DNA of 64,000 nucleotides from Paraspadella gotoi (GCA_051294375.1 CM119269.1:20192814-20256813), one strand, 5' to 3'. Shown: positions 1 to 14,044, counted from the first letter of the stretch. Notes: generated from the sequence alone by a model not told the origin. Translations and numbers: made by a program.

Positions 1-32
1 CGTAACTCTGTTACTTCGGTACAAAGCTAGTT

Positions 33-2532
33 TTATTGATTTTCTTTTTCTCTTATTATGGTTTTGAATAAATTTCCCGATTTATACTTATTCTGTAGAT
101 TACGTTTGAAATTGATACAACCAACTTCACCGTTTCATATGTCATGTTGTTAAATATTGAGAAAAAGTTTGAAATAATTTTCAACAACGATTTATTTTGA
201 GAGAGTGAACATGTTTCGACTTTAATTCATTATATAAAACAACGAAAGATAGGATTTCACATAATGTTGTTAAATATTAAAATAAAAAGAACAAAAGAGC
301 TCACCGCTTCGTCCTCGTCGATATCTGCGAAGGCGACGTCGATGCATTTGACAAAGGGGCGTCGCGAGAGCAAGTCGACGATCCCACGGAGAATGTCGGC
401 AGAGCCAAAGCCGGTCTCTTTGCAGTAGTGGAACTTGGAATCCTGTCGCAAAAATCTTGCACACTGACTAGCTCTTGGTAATTCTGTCTTTTCGTTTGTT
501 TTCCTTAAACTAATGGCTTAAATATTTAGAGTGGCCTTAGGGGTCAATAAGTCCAGTTCCCCTCGCGGCCGCACCCGGGGGCCGCCCCTCGCCCCTCGCT
601 ACCTCCACGCCGGGTGGTCTGTATTTCGGTAGCATGACATACTTGCCTCCGCCTCCCTTCCTCGCACATTGGCAACATCTACCCCAACTTCGCCTTACCT
701 GCAACGCCTGCCGCAATTGCAGCCATAGGATCTTGATGTGTCGATGATCTAGTTTGACTCCCAAAACTTCGCAGGGGATTAGGGTGAGGATGAGCGTCGC
801 CGCGTGGCTCAGTTTTGGCGCCGCCCCTTCGGTCATATATTCCGCGAGGGCCTACAGGGGGTGGACCAAGGAGAACGGGTTCCCCTAGTTTGGTCATTGC
901 TTATTTCTTTTCTTTAATCTCTTACCTCAACCTCTTTGGGCATTTCGAGGATGACGTCGAGGATCTCTTCATTTTCGCTCTGACTCAATAACGTGTGAAC
1001 GATGCCGAAGATGCCCAGAGTTATATCCACTTGATCCTTACAATTAGAAATAATGTTTTTTTCTCGATAAGTTGATAAGTTGATTTAAGTTTTTTCTTGA
1101 TTATTATTAATAATGATTTCCATTTAGTTAATTACTCGTGGATTTTGAATCCTGGAGTATCGAGAAAAAAAACTTGTAGGTTTAAAAGTAAAAATATTCA
1201 ATACTTTCTCCTTCATTCAGTTCCCCCTCCCACAAGTCCTGCTCGGTTTCCTCCCACGTTCAGTCCTTCCACAACTCTTTCGACATTCCTCTCCTGCCCC
1301 AATTTTTCCCCCTCCTCTTCCTCCCACCTCGGACGGCGTTTTCCCCGCAGTTTTCGGCGACTTCGCAGCGACGAATTCCAGCAGCGGCTTCAGAACTGTC
1401 GCCGCCGCGTCGCTGCAGAGTCGAGGGTTGAGTTTGCAACCCAACCACAGAATCCCCACGCCCTCCTTGAAGTTGCTGCGGAAGTTGCGGGGTAGAATAA
1501 TTCAGAGTGGCATTTCGTGGGAGACGTGGAATTTATTCAAAATATGGTGGGTAATCGATAAGCGCGTGACGTACCCTTTTTTACCCATTTCCCGCCACCG
1601 TCCAACCCTATCCCCAACTCACCCTCTCCCCCCCATACAATAAAACCTGAGCGCGACGGAATTATCGGCGTGAAAAAGGTCGACGCCGGCCGCGGAAGCG
1701 TGGAGTCGTTTGAAGGCGCCGACAAAGTCTTTTTCCTGCAGCAGCGCCGCCAGCAGACGCTTCGAATCCAAATCCCTGACGCCCACCAGTCGCTCTTTCA
1801 CTTGGAACAGGTCGTCAGAACACTCTTCGGTCGTGAAGTCCTGTAGTAGTTTTGAAAATGTGTAGTTCGAAAAGAGACGTTGAGGATATGAGCGATGGAA
1901 AGGAAAGACTGTGATTTGTGAATTAAAGAAGGAAAAAAAAAGATCTTAGACGCCAGGACTTCAGTAGAATAGATAAGCTAAAAATGTTAAATTGAAAGTT
2001 GGTACGTAAAGAAAGGGGACTGAAGAAAGAAGAGAAAGAGATTATAACTTATAAGATAGGAATGGGTGTTCGTTTTTTCACTGTTACCGCAGTTACTCGC
2101 AAAGTAACTATACTCGTCACTTATCGGTCAGTCTGTCTGTCTATTAGCCTGGCCTACATAGTAACAATAACTGTATTACTTTGCAGATAGGTGTTGTCTC
2201 ATCACATCATTATTGTCTCTACTTATAAATGCGGTTACGTGATCGGTGAGTCAATGCGGCTTATTTCATGTCACACTTAGTCCTTAATACTTCACTTATG
2301 AGTGATAAAGATGGTCGTAAAGAAATGACTCGGGCGCAACAACCTTCTTCTCTATACGTAAGTTAAATTAAGGCTGAGGTGGCCCTCGTCGTTCATCCTC
2401 AATTTTTTTCCTCGCCTTCATGCATTTGATCCTCCCGAGAGAAATGGTGACGTCCGTCAGGATTTCGTCGATCGGAACTTTTTTGTTTTTCCTCGTGTCT
2501 TTTTTGGGCGGAATCGTCGTTCGACGCGGCAT
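33..2532 (-). CDS. Uncharacterised multi-exon protein (~255 aa); exons ~2532-2416, 1840-1647, 1475-1328, 1036-926, 442-305, 92-33
   Basis: GC3-rich open exons with consistent phases: MPRRTTIPPKK..IKCMK / DFTTEECSDDLFQVKERLVG.. / NFKEGVGILWLGCKL.. / DQVDITLGIFGIVHTLL.. / DSKFHYCKETGFGSADILRGIVDLL.. / NKYKSG..NQ*. The first intron needs a GC donor (AAG|GCGAGG). First and last exons are less certain. No family recognised. Confidence 0.55.
159..263 (-). mobile_element. Degenerate ~105-bp copy of the hammerhead-associated short element seen at 46430-46529
   Basis: Minus strand reads GTCGAAACATGT..AATAAATCGTTG..AAACTTTTTCT, matching the 3' half of 46430-46529. Flanked by the 15-bp direct repeat ATGTTGTTAAATATT (144-158, 264-278). 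The CUGANGA box is absent. Confidence 0.5.
538..887. mobile_element. Possible MITE (GC-rich intronic insert)
   Basis: GC-rich block in an AT-rich intron with TAGGGG..CCCCTA ends and inverted CCCTCGCGG/CCGCGAGGG near the ends. No TSD seen. Confidence 0.3.
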
Positions 2533-3801
2533 CGTATTTATTTCCGGATTGTAATTTGATCCACACTTCGTCGTTTTATTTTATAGATTTAACGAGGAAC
2601 CTCGAGCTCACGACGTCGGATGTGGTCGTTTTATTGTTAGTTGAGTTTTTTCTATTATTTTTAGTGTTTTATACCTTTTAAGTTTTCTTTATATTCGAAA
2701 ATTCGATCGAGGTTTTTGAGAGTTAATTTTAATTAGGGTGTTCATATGACGACCCAAAAAAATAGGATAACCGGCGACTTCTTTTAACAATTAAAAATAT
2801 TTTGACGGAAAAAATGGCAATCCGGGAGCTATTTTCTCAAAGCGCCTATAATCATTTTAAATTCGAAATTAAGTTAGTTTTCAAGTTTAAAGATGAGGTT
2901 AAGATTAAGTAATAAGTCAGGAATTATAGTTAGGATTAGAGTTTGGAATTATGTTAATGATTACACTTTCAAAACGATATTCAAAAGAAAATAGAGTATT
3001 AGAAAAAGAATAAGAATAACTATGAAAAAGAAACGGAAATGAGAGAAATTTGGCAAGAAAAGTTAACAGTCATCGTCCTCGTGAAGTTGAGTCATAGTAG
3101 AAAAAAAGAAAAATCGAATTAGAATAAGAAAAAAGTGAAAAAATTGAAAGAAAGAAGAAGAATTAGTTGAATAAAATATTTGAAATAAAATTAAAAAATT
3201 AATTCAATTTTAGTTTAAATTTAATCTTTATTTAAAGTGTTTTTGTCGACCTTGTTTGTGACTTTTGACGTCATCGTCGTTGACTTCATTTCGTCATCGT
3301 CTCGTCACAAATCACGAAAAACAAAATCCGTTTCGTATTTTAATAAATGACTTTTTAAAATGTTAAAAATTTAGAAATACATTAGAGGATTAAATGATTT
3401 TGACCACGTGTGTTCTAAGTCCGGCAATACAAATATTCGACATATCGATTCAGTGAAATCGTGAGTCTAGAGTCGATTGACTCACAAATCAGAAAATTGT
3501 CGATTTCACAGTCGCGGTGTCCGGGACCAGCATTCCGTTCATTCGTCCTCTTTTTCCTCTACATTTTGACCTGAAAATCGAGGAAGAGAAATCACGGCCT
3601 CGAGGTCAAACGGATTCTCTTATACCCTAACAAGCAATCATTAGATTTCACACTCTCCCAGTCCGTTATTTTCCATCGAATACTATCACGGCCTTTGAGT
3701 AAATTTTTCACTCTCTCACTGAGTTGTTCTCACTCGAACGGAAGCACTCGCTCTCCAGCAATCGGTTCACCATTCTCTCTCTCTCTCTCTCTCTCTCTCT
3801 G

Positions 3802-3947
3802 AACCGGAACAATTCTCGCTGCATATAAGTATAAGATGGTATAGGGAGACACAATCGCCTTATCGTAAGGTCGGCGTTTGTCTGTCGCTGTGTCTTTATG
3901 TCTGTCTCGGTCTTCATCTAAAATCTTTAAAGTGAAAACGAAATTCG
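3802..3947 (+). repeat. ~150-bp dispersed repeat, second copy at ~47072-47235
   Basis: AACCGGA..GCATATAAGTATAAGATGGTATAGG..CTAAAATCTTTAAAGTGAAAACGAAATTCGA is shared. The second copy has many small insertions. Confidence 0.8.
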
Positions 3948-3952
3948 ATCTC

Positions 3953-3993
<41 letters not shown>

Positions 3994-4399
3994 ACGGCTT
4001 CACAGTTTTATACCTTACACTCTGTGATTATAGTTTGCACACAGATTCTCACTATCACCCTTGCATCTTCACTGCCTCACAATCTCGATCCCTTAAAGCC
4101 TTCCAGCCGCACGATCTGTGAATTTCACGGATGAAACGAATCAAAGGTTTTCTTGACCCGAAATTTCTTCACCGACGAATCATAAACGATGACGGCGACG
4201 ACGACGACGACAATGACGATCCCTTCGACAACGTCGAAAACGTTAGAGTGAGTTAAATTATTACAACAATAAACACAATATGTCCATGTCAAACAAATCG
4301 AAAATAACCGTATTAGATGTAATTAAATATATTTTAGTTGTAAATGAGGCCCATAACCATCAAATGATGATGTTAATTGGGTCGCTGGGAATCTGAAAT

Positions 4400-4400
4400 A

Positions 4401-4440
<40 letters not shown>

Positions 4441-4508
4441 CGATGACGATGATGATGATAATGATGATGATGATGATGATGATGATAATGATGATGATGA
4501 CGACGATG
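4400..4508. repeat. (GAT)n/(GAC)n microsatellite
   Basis: Directly visible. Confidence 0.95.
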
Positions 4509-5000
4509 GCTCAGATGACGATAACGCCTCCGTGATTTCTCTCAGTGATGACGACCTTAAAGAGGACCACTCCGTCGCGAAAACGAGAAATGATCGAAAC
4601 TAATTAGATCGATTTCACTTCCGAAGCAAATATGTTTTTCGATAACGAAATATCACATATTTCCTTCCAATAGCGATTGGCATACATTGTAGTTGGCAAA
4701 CGGCTATGGACATCATGTTGCAAGTTAAACCTTTTTTTTTCGGTTCTTCTCGTCGAATAAAATTACTCTGCACTCTGCGATACTTTTTTCTTTAATGAGT
4801 ATTATTTTCCTATGTGTTTCGTTCCTTTTTTTTTAAATTCAGCTCCCTAATAACCGCTTTCAGTTCGGGCGAATTTAAGTGACGCCCTTATATTTCAGGA
4901 AGTTCAATGGTAAATTTAAATAGCAAATTGACATTTTATTATTTAAACAATGGGTAATGTCGGGAGGTTGATAGGCCTATTTTTTAATTTTGAAACTTTT

Positions 5001-5117
5001 ATACATCCAGTCAAGAATTATATTTTTGTCGGATATTGATGAGTCAAAAAAGACGAATACGAATACATCCAGTCAAGAATTATTATATTTTTGTCGGATA
5101 TTGATTAGTCAAAAAAT
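5001..5117. repeat. Tandem duplication, 2 x ~55-60 bp
   Basis: ATACATCCAGTCAAGAATTAT..TTTTGTCGGATATTGAT.AGTCAAAAAA occurs twice. Confidence 0.9.
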
Positions 5118-5141
5118 CTGTAAACTCTGTCCCGAATCTCT

Positions 5142-5172
<31 letters not shown>

Positions 5173-5248
5173 TTCTCTATGAGTCTCAATACTTCTAAAG
5201 TTGAATCGAATTCTAGATTTGCGGTTGTTTGATACGGAAAAGCAACTC

Positions 5249-5286
<38 letters not shown>

Positions 5287-5868
5287 TTATCTTTTTCTTT
5301 TCGATTTTTACCAAATTTATTTTGAGATTCGCGGTTTTTTCGACTCTTGAATTCCTTATTTTTATTACAAATTCTTCATTCATGACTGTTGTCGTTCAGC
5401 AAAAATAACTTGGTTATTTTTAATTTTTAACGAAATATTGTCTTTTTATTACAGGAGTTTCCACATGTAAATTCCCTTAATAAAAATTGAAATATCATTT
5501 ATTGAATAAAATTTAAACAAATAATAAATATAAATTTTTTACAGTAAAATGTGTCATCTTTAGTTTAGGTTTTTTGGTTTAGTGCCGACTGTATTCATTT
5601 TTGAAAATACTTTTCCCTGATTTTTTTTCTGGCGACTTTTATTCACCGCCCATCGGTTCACAACTCGTTCTCACTGAGAGGGAGAGAGAGAGAGACTGAA
5701 AGAGAGAGAGAGAGAGAGAATGAGAGAGTAAGAGAGTGAAAGTGAATTGAGAAAACGAGAGAGTAAACAAATTTTTCTCCCCGGGCTAGTCCGAGAATAA
5801 CGGGCGAATTTTCGCTGAAAGCCCTGCCCTTTCTGATTTTTTAATTCTTCTTTTTCTTTTCTCTTTTT

Positions 5869-5925
<57 letters not shown>

Positions 5926-6872
5926 ACTCGTTTTTTCTTTTCTTCAAACTTTAAACTTTCCTTTTTTTTTTTTCGATTTTTACTTTCTCTTTTTCATTTT
6001 CCTTTTCTACGCCCTCTCCTTTCTCTATTCTCCCCCCAGTCAGAATTTACTTCTATCTTCCCCGACCAACTTCTCTCGGTTGCTTCGTACCGAATTCCCT
6101 TTCTTTCCTATCTGCTTCCTGCCTTTACCCACCCTCCTGCTGGCCAACCACGTTCCGGCTTCTCTTTCCCGTGATTTCATTTTTTTTTAATGAAAAACAA
6201 ATTTTCTTCTACACGAATGAAAAAAAGTTTCAACCAAAAAAAAAAAATATTTTCTTTCTGTAATTCAGATATCGTTTTTTTTTCTTACAGTAAAGTTCGG
6301 AATTACCGCCGTTGACGGGAACAACGAAAATTTTGCGTTAACCTAACAATTTAAAAGTTTTAGGTCTGTTTTAACCCGAGTTTACGGTATCGGAAGGAAT
6401 GTAACTCGACCAAATGTAAAACGTTAAGTATTTATTTTTATTTTCATCGTCTCTGTACGAATCGAAAGTCGATCCTCGATGATGAATTATGAAAACGAAA
6501 CATAACAAAACTAAGTAATCATTAATCAAATCGTAGGAGATTACAACCGTTAATGGTTCCAGAAAAAAACAAAAAACAGAAAGTAATCTTTATCGAACAG
6601 ACGTTTTTAGGCATATTTATATAACACGATTTTTTTCTTTTTTGGTTTATATCTTTCGAAAGATAACGACATTGCTGGAGAAATAAAGATATATTTTCAG
6701 CCCCGCAAAGTTGGAGCTAAGACACAGCGTCTTATAAGGAACGACATTCGAAAGAAACAGCGTCCCTAGACGGCATCTGAGGAAAACGTTTGCATCATCG
6801 GTACAATCATCGGTACAATCGAGCCTGACTTTAGCTCTCTCTCTCTGTCTCTGTCTCCGTCGCGCGCAAAAG

Positions 6873-7829
6873 ATGGCGGTGACGATCTCCTGCTCCGTGA
6901 CCTTCACCTGCTTCTGCATCTTCCGCTTCATCCTCCTGGCGGGACTCGTCGTCCTTCACTTCATCTCCACCGCCTCTGAGCATTGGATGAAGAATGGGAA
7001 CGACCTTACCCTCTTTGAGTACAAACGTGAGTTTGGCGTTTAGTGAGGGGGTGGGGGAGGTCGGGGGGAGTTGGTAGGAAATCCCGCTTATACTCAAATA
7101 TATTTTTTGTTTAACCATCCCGCAACCCCTCGTCGAAAATGGAATTCGTTACAAAAATATCAATTAATTTTTTTTCCGTCTCTAGGCAACGGCGGCGACG
7201 ACTATGACGCCAAGCTGCTTTCCGCCCAATGCTTGATCGGCATATCCTGCGGCATCGTTTTCCTGACCGTCGTCCTCTACGTCGTCGATCTCTTCTGCGG
7301 CACCTTGAGGAACAGATGCAGCCGATCGTCCACCGTCATTTCTTTTCTTCTTATCTTCGCTTGTAAGATTTTATCGATTGATCGAATTGGTTATATGGTT
7401 GGCAGATAGCTCGTTGGATTCATTAAAAAATATAGATTTTTCCCATTGATTGCTAAAAAAAAAAATTGTTATGTATGTTATCTACGCTTCAGGGAAGCAC
7501 TACTTGACGTTTAAGTATGCTCGGATTGATAAATTAGATGATCGACGTGGTAAACATCCATTTGATATATTTACATTTTAATTAATTTTCTTTTTTCAGG
7601 TTTATGCGAAGTTGCTGGGATCGTTTGTTTCGCTCTTGCAATGAACCAGGAGATTGATGGTGATTCAAATTTAAAATCGATTATAATTTTTTTTTTGGTT
7701 TAGATAAAATAAAACTACTATATTAATTTTTGTCATTTTTAAATCTCAGATTACGGATGGTCATTTTTCCTCTCATGGGGAGTCGCCTTTCTCTGTCTTC
7801 TCGTCGGAGGGCTCTTTTGTCGCGAATAA
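6873..7829 (+). CDS. PMP22/EMP/claudin-superfamily four-TM protein, 156 aa; exons 6873-7026, 7186-7362, 7600-7659, 7750-7829
   Basis: Four hydrophobic segments, TM1 followed by STASEHW, and C-terminal signature DYGWSFFLSW. All introns are GT-AG with consistent phase. Confidence 0.9.
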
Positions 7830-9179
7830 AACTCATTGGAAAAAAAAACAAAAGACATTTCTAGATCCGGTAACTGGTCTTGCGCTTGCATTATTAGCTA
7901 ATTGTCGCGTCAGATTTTCCATGAATCCCTATCCGCTCTACCATAAAAGTAGTAATCATCAAGAATTAAAATTATACAAAAATTATGAGACATGCTGATT
8001 CTTGAATAATAGCAGCATTGATTTATTGATAAAAGCTCTCTATTTGTATTAACTGTATTTTAGATACGATATTTTCTCATGTTGGCCTATTTTATCGAGG
8101 TACTTAGTTTATAACATAACGGATATGATGATTCTCAAGTTAAAAACCTATGAAAGATTATCCTTATACATTATTATTATTATTATATTATTATACAAAG
8201 AGATAATTTTTTTTTCAATTTAGAAATTGTGTTTTCATGAAAACGTTTTGCCACGTTATGAATTGTTGCCATCGGTGTACATCTAGCTTTAAAGTTCATC
8301 ATGTATGTGCATACAAAATTATCTAAAAAGGCTTGTTTCGTGATTAACGACATTTCGCTTCGTTAATCGTTAGGTTTGCAGAGATTTCTAGATTGAGACT
8401 GTATTTTGCTTTCACAGTGAAATATATACATATATTTTTTGATGGGTAACGTCATCTCAAATTCAGTTAACTTTTGAAATCACATAGTCAGTTCTAGTAA
8501 CAAATCCTCTTTCGGTTTTCGTGCCAGGCTTCTCAGATTATGAAGGGAAGAAAGAAAGAGAGAGAAGAGAGAGAGAGAAGAGAGAGAAAAGAGAGAGAGA
8601 GAACGAAAAAAAAACAGTTGTCAATGGAACCGGACAAAAACCTGCTACTGGTAGAGACACGAACATTCATTTTAGTATAAAAATCATCTTAAAAAAAGAA
8701 TAAACGGCTTTTTCATTAAAAACTTGGGAAAAATAAAAAAAACAAAAGATATTGAAAGAAGCAAAGCTGTAAGACATTATTGCCTCCGAGTTGACTGGTT
8801 GACGCAGTTGGTCTTGTTGGCGAATCACTGACGAAGAATACGCTTATCTTTAGCGCATTCAGATGGCGGTGGCGGGAGAAGGAAGAAAACAAACGACGTT
8901 CGTCCATCAGCGATGGGTCGGTGGGATCAAACAGAGGTTTCTGTAAGTCCATGCAGTTTGTTTTTGTTGTTGTTTTACGAAATCTTTTTTATAATCTGAC
9001 GTCGTTATCATCTTCAGTTTTTGTCACTGTCATGGTAGTCGCTGTCCAGTGTTCAGTGTTCAATTGTTCATATATTATATAATATCTAATTTTATCTAAT
9101 CGTCAAAGTCTGATCAGAGAAAAAGAAAATAGTCGCAGGGTTTTTTAATTCAATTCAATTATTGAGAAATGGGCTCAAT

Positions 9180-9254
9180 CAGGGGTTGGGAGAGGGGGGG
9201 GACACCGGCATATGGGGCCAGTGGAGGGGCCCGCCATTTCTCTCGCCGCCCCTG
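9180..9254. mobile_element. 75-bp hAT-like mini-MITE
   Basis: Imperfect TIRs CAGGGGTTGGGAGAG / CTCTCGCCGCCCCTG and an 8-bp TSD GGCTCAAT/GGCTCAAG (1 mismatch). Confidence 0.65.
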
Positions 9255-9456
9255 GGCTCAAGCATTATAAAATACATTGAATAAGCAATGTTGCCGCGAA
9301 TTTGAGATAGGTTATCTAATAATAAAAACCGCACATTAAATTTTTTTGTGTATTCCAGTAAATTGAAAAGTAAATTTGTATCGATATTGACTTTTATATG
9401 AATCGATTTATGATCTCAGAGTTTAAATCCTGAGGTGCTCTATTGAATAGGCGTAG

Positions 9457-9541
<85 letters not shown>

Positions 9542-9788
9542 GTTTTCTTTCACTTACTTTAAACATTTTTTTGCCCCGACTTTTCACGGAACCAACAGTG
9601 CGATTCCACTGATTAAAAAAAATAAAAGGTAAATCTCGTCACGCAAGCAGTCGGTCGCAAACCAAAACCGGTTTTCTTTCTTTTTTCTTTTTCTCTTTTT
9701 CTTCGTCGGGGGCGGATTCGTCAAGATCAAGTAGACTTCCTCGGAATTGACGTAAGAAATCAACGGAAACGAATATAAAACAAATCAT

Positions 9789-10053
<265 letters not shown>

Positions 10054-10165
10054 ACTGTTTACGTGCGTTTTATAAGATTTAAAAAAAATATATCAACATT
10101 CTGAACTCTGAGAATATTTTTAAACATTAACTTTTTCTATTAGCTTTTTGGCATTACGTGTTATC

Positions 10166-13100
10166 ATGGAGACAGAAACGAAAGACAAATTTGAACCAGT
10201 TTTCGGCCTCATAGGGGAAATGGGGCCTTTTCAACGATGGTAAGTCACTTTATCTACTATGAGCAAGTTAATGGTGATTTAGCTCGCGCAGCCATTGAGA
10301 CGAGGCAGGGGAGATATGGCAGCGATGCGGCTTTTAACGGTGTAATTGAGCAAAATACTTTAATTAATAATTAAAACAATTCGTAATATTGGTTTCAAAA
10401 GGAATTATCTAAAACTGATGTTAATTGGTGTTTTCGTGGGGATGCAAGCTTACTCCAACAATGTCCTAATCACACAACCAAATCGGAACTTCACCTGCGC
10501 TTGCGCCTCGGATCTCGCAACAGTAATTCAAAAAAATTTATTGAACAAAGAGAAGATGATAATTCACAGCAAAGTCGATTATTAGTTCTTCTAAAAAAAC
10601 TTTATGTTTATTTTATGACATGAAACCAAAAAAGTCCTAGGCCACATTTTTTGTTATTTTTTTTTCAGCTTCCTAACAATTCTGACAAGTACAAACTTAT
10701 CAAAGAAATTCGTTCCGATCCAGGTAAAGCTTTCGGATAAACTTTGGAAACTTGAGAAATTATTAGGAACTAGTTCTTTCTTTGAATTTCCCCAATTCTC
10801 CTGGAGCATTCGACCACGACAACCCCTGCAACTTCACCGACGAGGACTTCCGAGTCAGTGTGGTCGCCTCCTTTCAACTCGTCTGCGACCGCGAATACCT
10901 CATGCGACTTCCGAACTTCATCTTTTACTTTGGAAACTTTGCTGGGTCGTTCATCTTTGGAACTGTGGGTATATGTATTCTACAAAAAAAAAAACATGAA
11001 AAAAAAAACAACTAACTATTGATGTTTCTCTATCTCTTGATCTCTTCTCATCTGGTTGTAGCACCGTTCCTTTTTATCTTATAATAACGTTTTGACTCTG
11101 CCTACAATGAAAATCTAATTTTATATAAAAATTTTATCTATTTAGTTAAGTGACTACCTGGGTCGCCTTCCAGCAATTTGGGGAACGTTGGTTCTTATGA
11201 TTCTGTCAGTGGCCGCGATTGCAATTCCCATGGGCCTTTACTTTGAGGCGTTTCTTTTCCTGAGATTCCTTGCCGGTAAGACATATAACTAATTTTTGTT
11301 TTGTTTTTTGGTTTGTGACAACCAACTGAAATATACCATTAATATACCATTAATATACCATTAATCTAAAACTAGGTGGAAGTACTATGGGCCTTTATCT
11401 GGCGATGTTTGTCATGGGAGTAGAAATTATGAGTTCAAAATGGCGGACGTTTGCGGGAATCATGCCCAACGTCTTCTTCGCGATCGGACCTATAGTTACA
11501 GGTCAGTCTGTCTCTGTAAAACTCTTTGTATGTTTGTATCCGTCCTTTATTTGTGTCGTGAAGTAAATCGAAATAATATTTTACTTTTATGCAGGGATCT
11601 TAGCGTTGATTGACGATAACTGGCGATACCTAGGTCTGTTGCTTTCACTACCCGCCCTTCTGCTCATTCCCATGCTACTTACCCTGCCAGAATCGCCAAG
11701 GTCTCCAGAAATGGGCAAATTTAAGCAAAAATATCTTTAAAATATGATAAGATAGATAAGATAAGATAAAATTTATATGAATTGATGTATGTATTATAAT
11801 TTTATCTTAAATAAAAGATTTTCTATTCAGTTTTTATTTACATTTAAAATTTAACTATGTAGATGGCTGCTTACCAAAGAGAGGGTTTCGGATTTGAAGG
11901 CGACCCTGAGACGAGCGGCGACACAAAACGAGATGTTGTCGAGCGACTGGCAGGAAGCCGAGTTGAATAGAGTCATTGACGTCGTGGTCGACAATCAGAA
12001 GAAAGAGAGTGGAAGCAGTGAAAAAGTACAATTTTTATTTAAATGGTTACAATTACAATTCTAAGACAAGGAGTATAAAGAGTTTTTTTTTCAGGTAAAC
12101 GTCCTTCACTTGTTTAAAGGTCGGCAGACAGCGGGCAAGAGTATTTTAATATTTATCAACTGGATGGTGGTAACCGCGGTCTATTATGGCGTCACACTCA
12201 ACACAGCTAAAATGGAAATTTCACCAATTTTGGGACTCATAGTGTCGGGTATGTATATATATAATTTCCGAATCCATTTTACGTGCGAATTCTTTCGAAA
12301 TAAACCATCATTGCTATTAAGACGCCTGCTCCACGACAGTTCTCTACACTAACATATCCCAACAGGAGCCGTCGAGATCCTCTCCTACATTCCGCTCCTC
12401 CGTATCCTCAACACCCTGGGAAGGAAGTTGTTTCATTCATCGACGATGATCTTGACGGGCGTCGTCTGCTTCTGCACTCTCTTCGCCACCACCGACGTTT
12501 CCGCCTTCACACTTAGCATGATTGGTGAGTGGTGGTAGTCTTGTGATCTATCTGTCTGGTCAATATATATAAAAATTTAAATTTTTTTAACAGATTTGTA
12601 AAGATTTGAATATTAGTAGGAGAATTTTATTTGTTTTTTTTTTCCATTGACTAGTCTAGTTTTCAATACAACAATAAAAAATCAGTTGTCACTAAGTAAT
12701 AATTGTCTTCATCACAGGAAAGTTCTTCATCTCCGCTGCATTCGCCACCATTTACATTTTCTCCGCCGAACTTTTCCCCACAGTTTTGAGAAACACGGGT
12801 AAGGTCGAGGGAAAGGAAGACGGGGTGATCGACGGATGAGTTCGATCCTGATGTTCATTCAAAAAGTCAAGTGATACTTGATACCTAATTATTCGATTCC
12901 ATCGCCAGGCATGGGCGTGAGTTCTCTCACGGCGCGCGTCGGTTCCATGTCGGCGCCACTTCTGGTCGACTTTTCTCCCGATTCCACGATTCCACTGGTG
13001 GTGTTCGGGTGTCTGGCCGCCTTTACGGGTAATTGATGATAATGGGGTCGAGAGGTTTAATTTTCTAATCGATGAAAAGGTAACGGAAACAGGTGATTAA

Positions 13101-13404
13101 TATAAAGATATGAAGATAATAAAAATCTTGTAGAAATGAGGAGACCTCTTGATACGTATACGTGGTGATCGTAGTCGTCGTCCTGGTCGCTTAATCTTAA
13201 GCTGCAACACAAAAGCATTTTTCCTATTTCACTTCAGGCCTCATCGCCTTGACTCTTCCGGAAACGGCTGGACGCCCGATGCCGGAGACGCCGCAGGAAG
13301 CGGAGAGGCGGCACCTGGAGAGTCCGCTGTCAGTGTGTCGCCGGAACCCGTGCCGACGACATCCGCCGGAAGGCAGCGTCGACGTCGGGGAGACCAAATT
13401 TTGA
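10166..13404 (+). CDS. SLC22 / organic cation transporter-like MFS protein, paralog A (13 coding exons)
   Basis: Family motifs GEMGPFQ, SVVASFQLVCD, SDYLGR, LPESPRWL, FSAELFPTVLRNTG, ARVGSM, LPETAGRPMPET. All exons join in frame. Confidence 0.95.
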
Positions 13405-14044
13405 GATTCATTCGCCGGAAATAGTTGGGGTCGGAGATGGTGGCAGATATGACGATGGATGCGAGATTTGTGAAGCTTCGTCCTCAAGTTGTTTTCTCTT
13501 CTTTTTTTTCTTTTTCTGTCTCCATTTTAATCTTATTACTTTTTTTGTGCCAAAGCGTTCAATTTTTATTTAGTAGGTTATCAAGGATTTAATATGATTA
13601 ATTTGCAGATAAAGGCGATATTGATCATATCTAATAAAAATTAATCATATTAAATGGTAGCTAGTTCTATATGAATATGAAGTGCTGGATATCACATATA
13701 TCTAAAAATATTTTGTTTTTTCGTTTTATACTCAAATCGGATTAACTTTTGTGATTTTAATAAAAAGCTTGTTTCTAACTTCCATTTTACTTTTTTGACA
13801 GTTAGTTTATTCATACTCATGATAGGGATGATACTGATGATACTTATGAGTTATGAGTTATAAGTTATGATACTATGATACTATCTGTTATAAATATTTC
13901 AATTATTAACTTCATATAACTCATGAAATAGCCAATCTACTATTTTTTTTAAAACCGCCATTGATTTTGAGAACAAGATCTGAGAAGTGAGCACAAAGAA
14001 CTATCTGACTCTCGATTGCATCTTGCATAATCTTCAACCAACAG

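Noticed and set aside
2368-2532. Standalone 54-aa small ORF
   Set aside because: Better explained as the first exon of the downstream gene via a GC donor at 2415, though this is unproven.
8716-8952. 78-aa minus-strand ORF
   Set aside because: No recognisable motif, weak codon bias and no supporting exon structure; cannot be supported.
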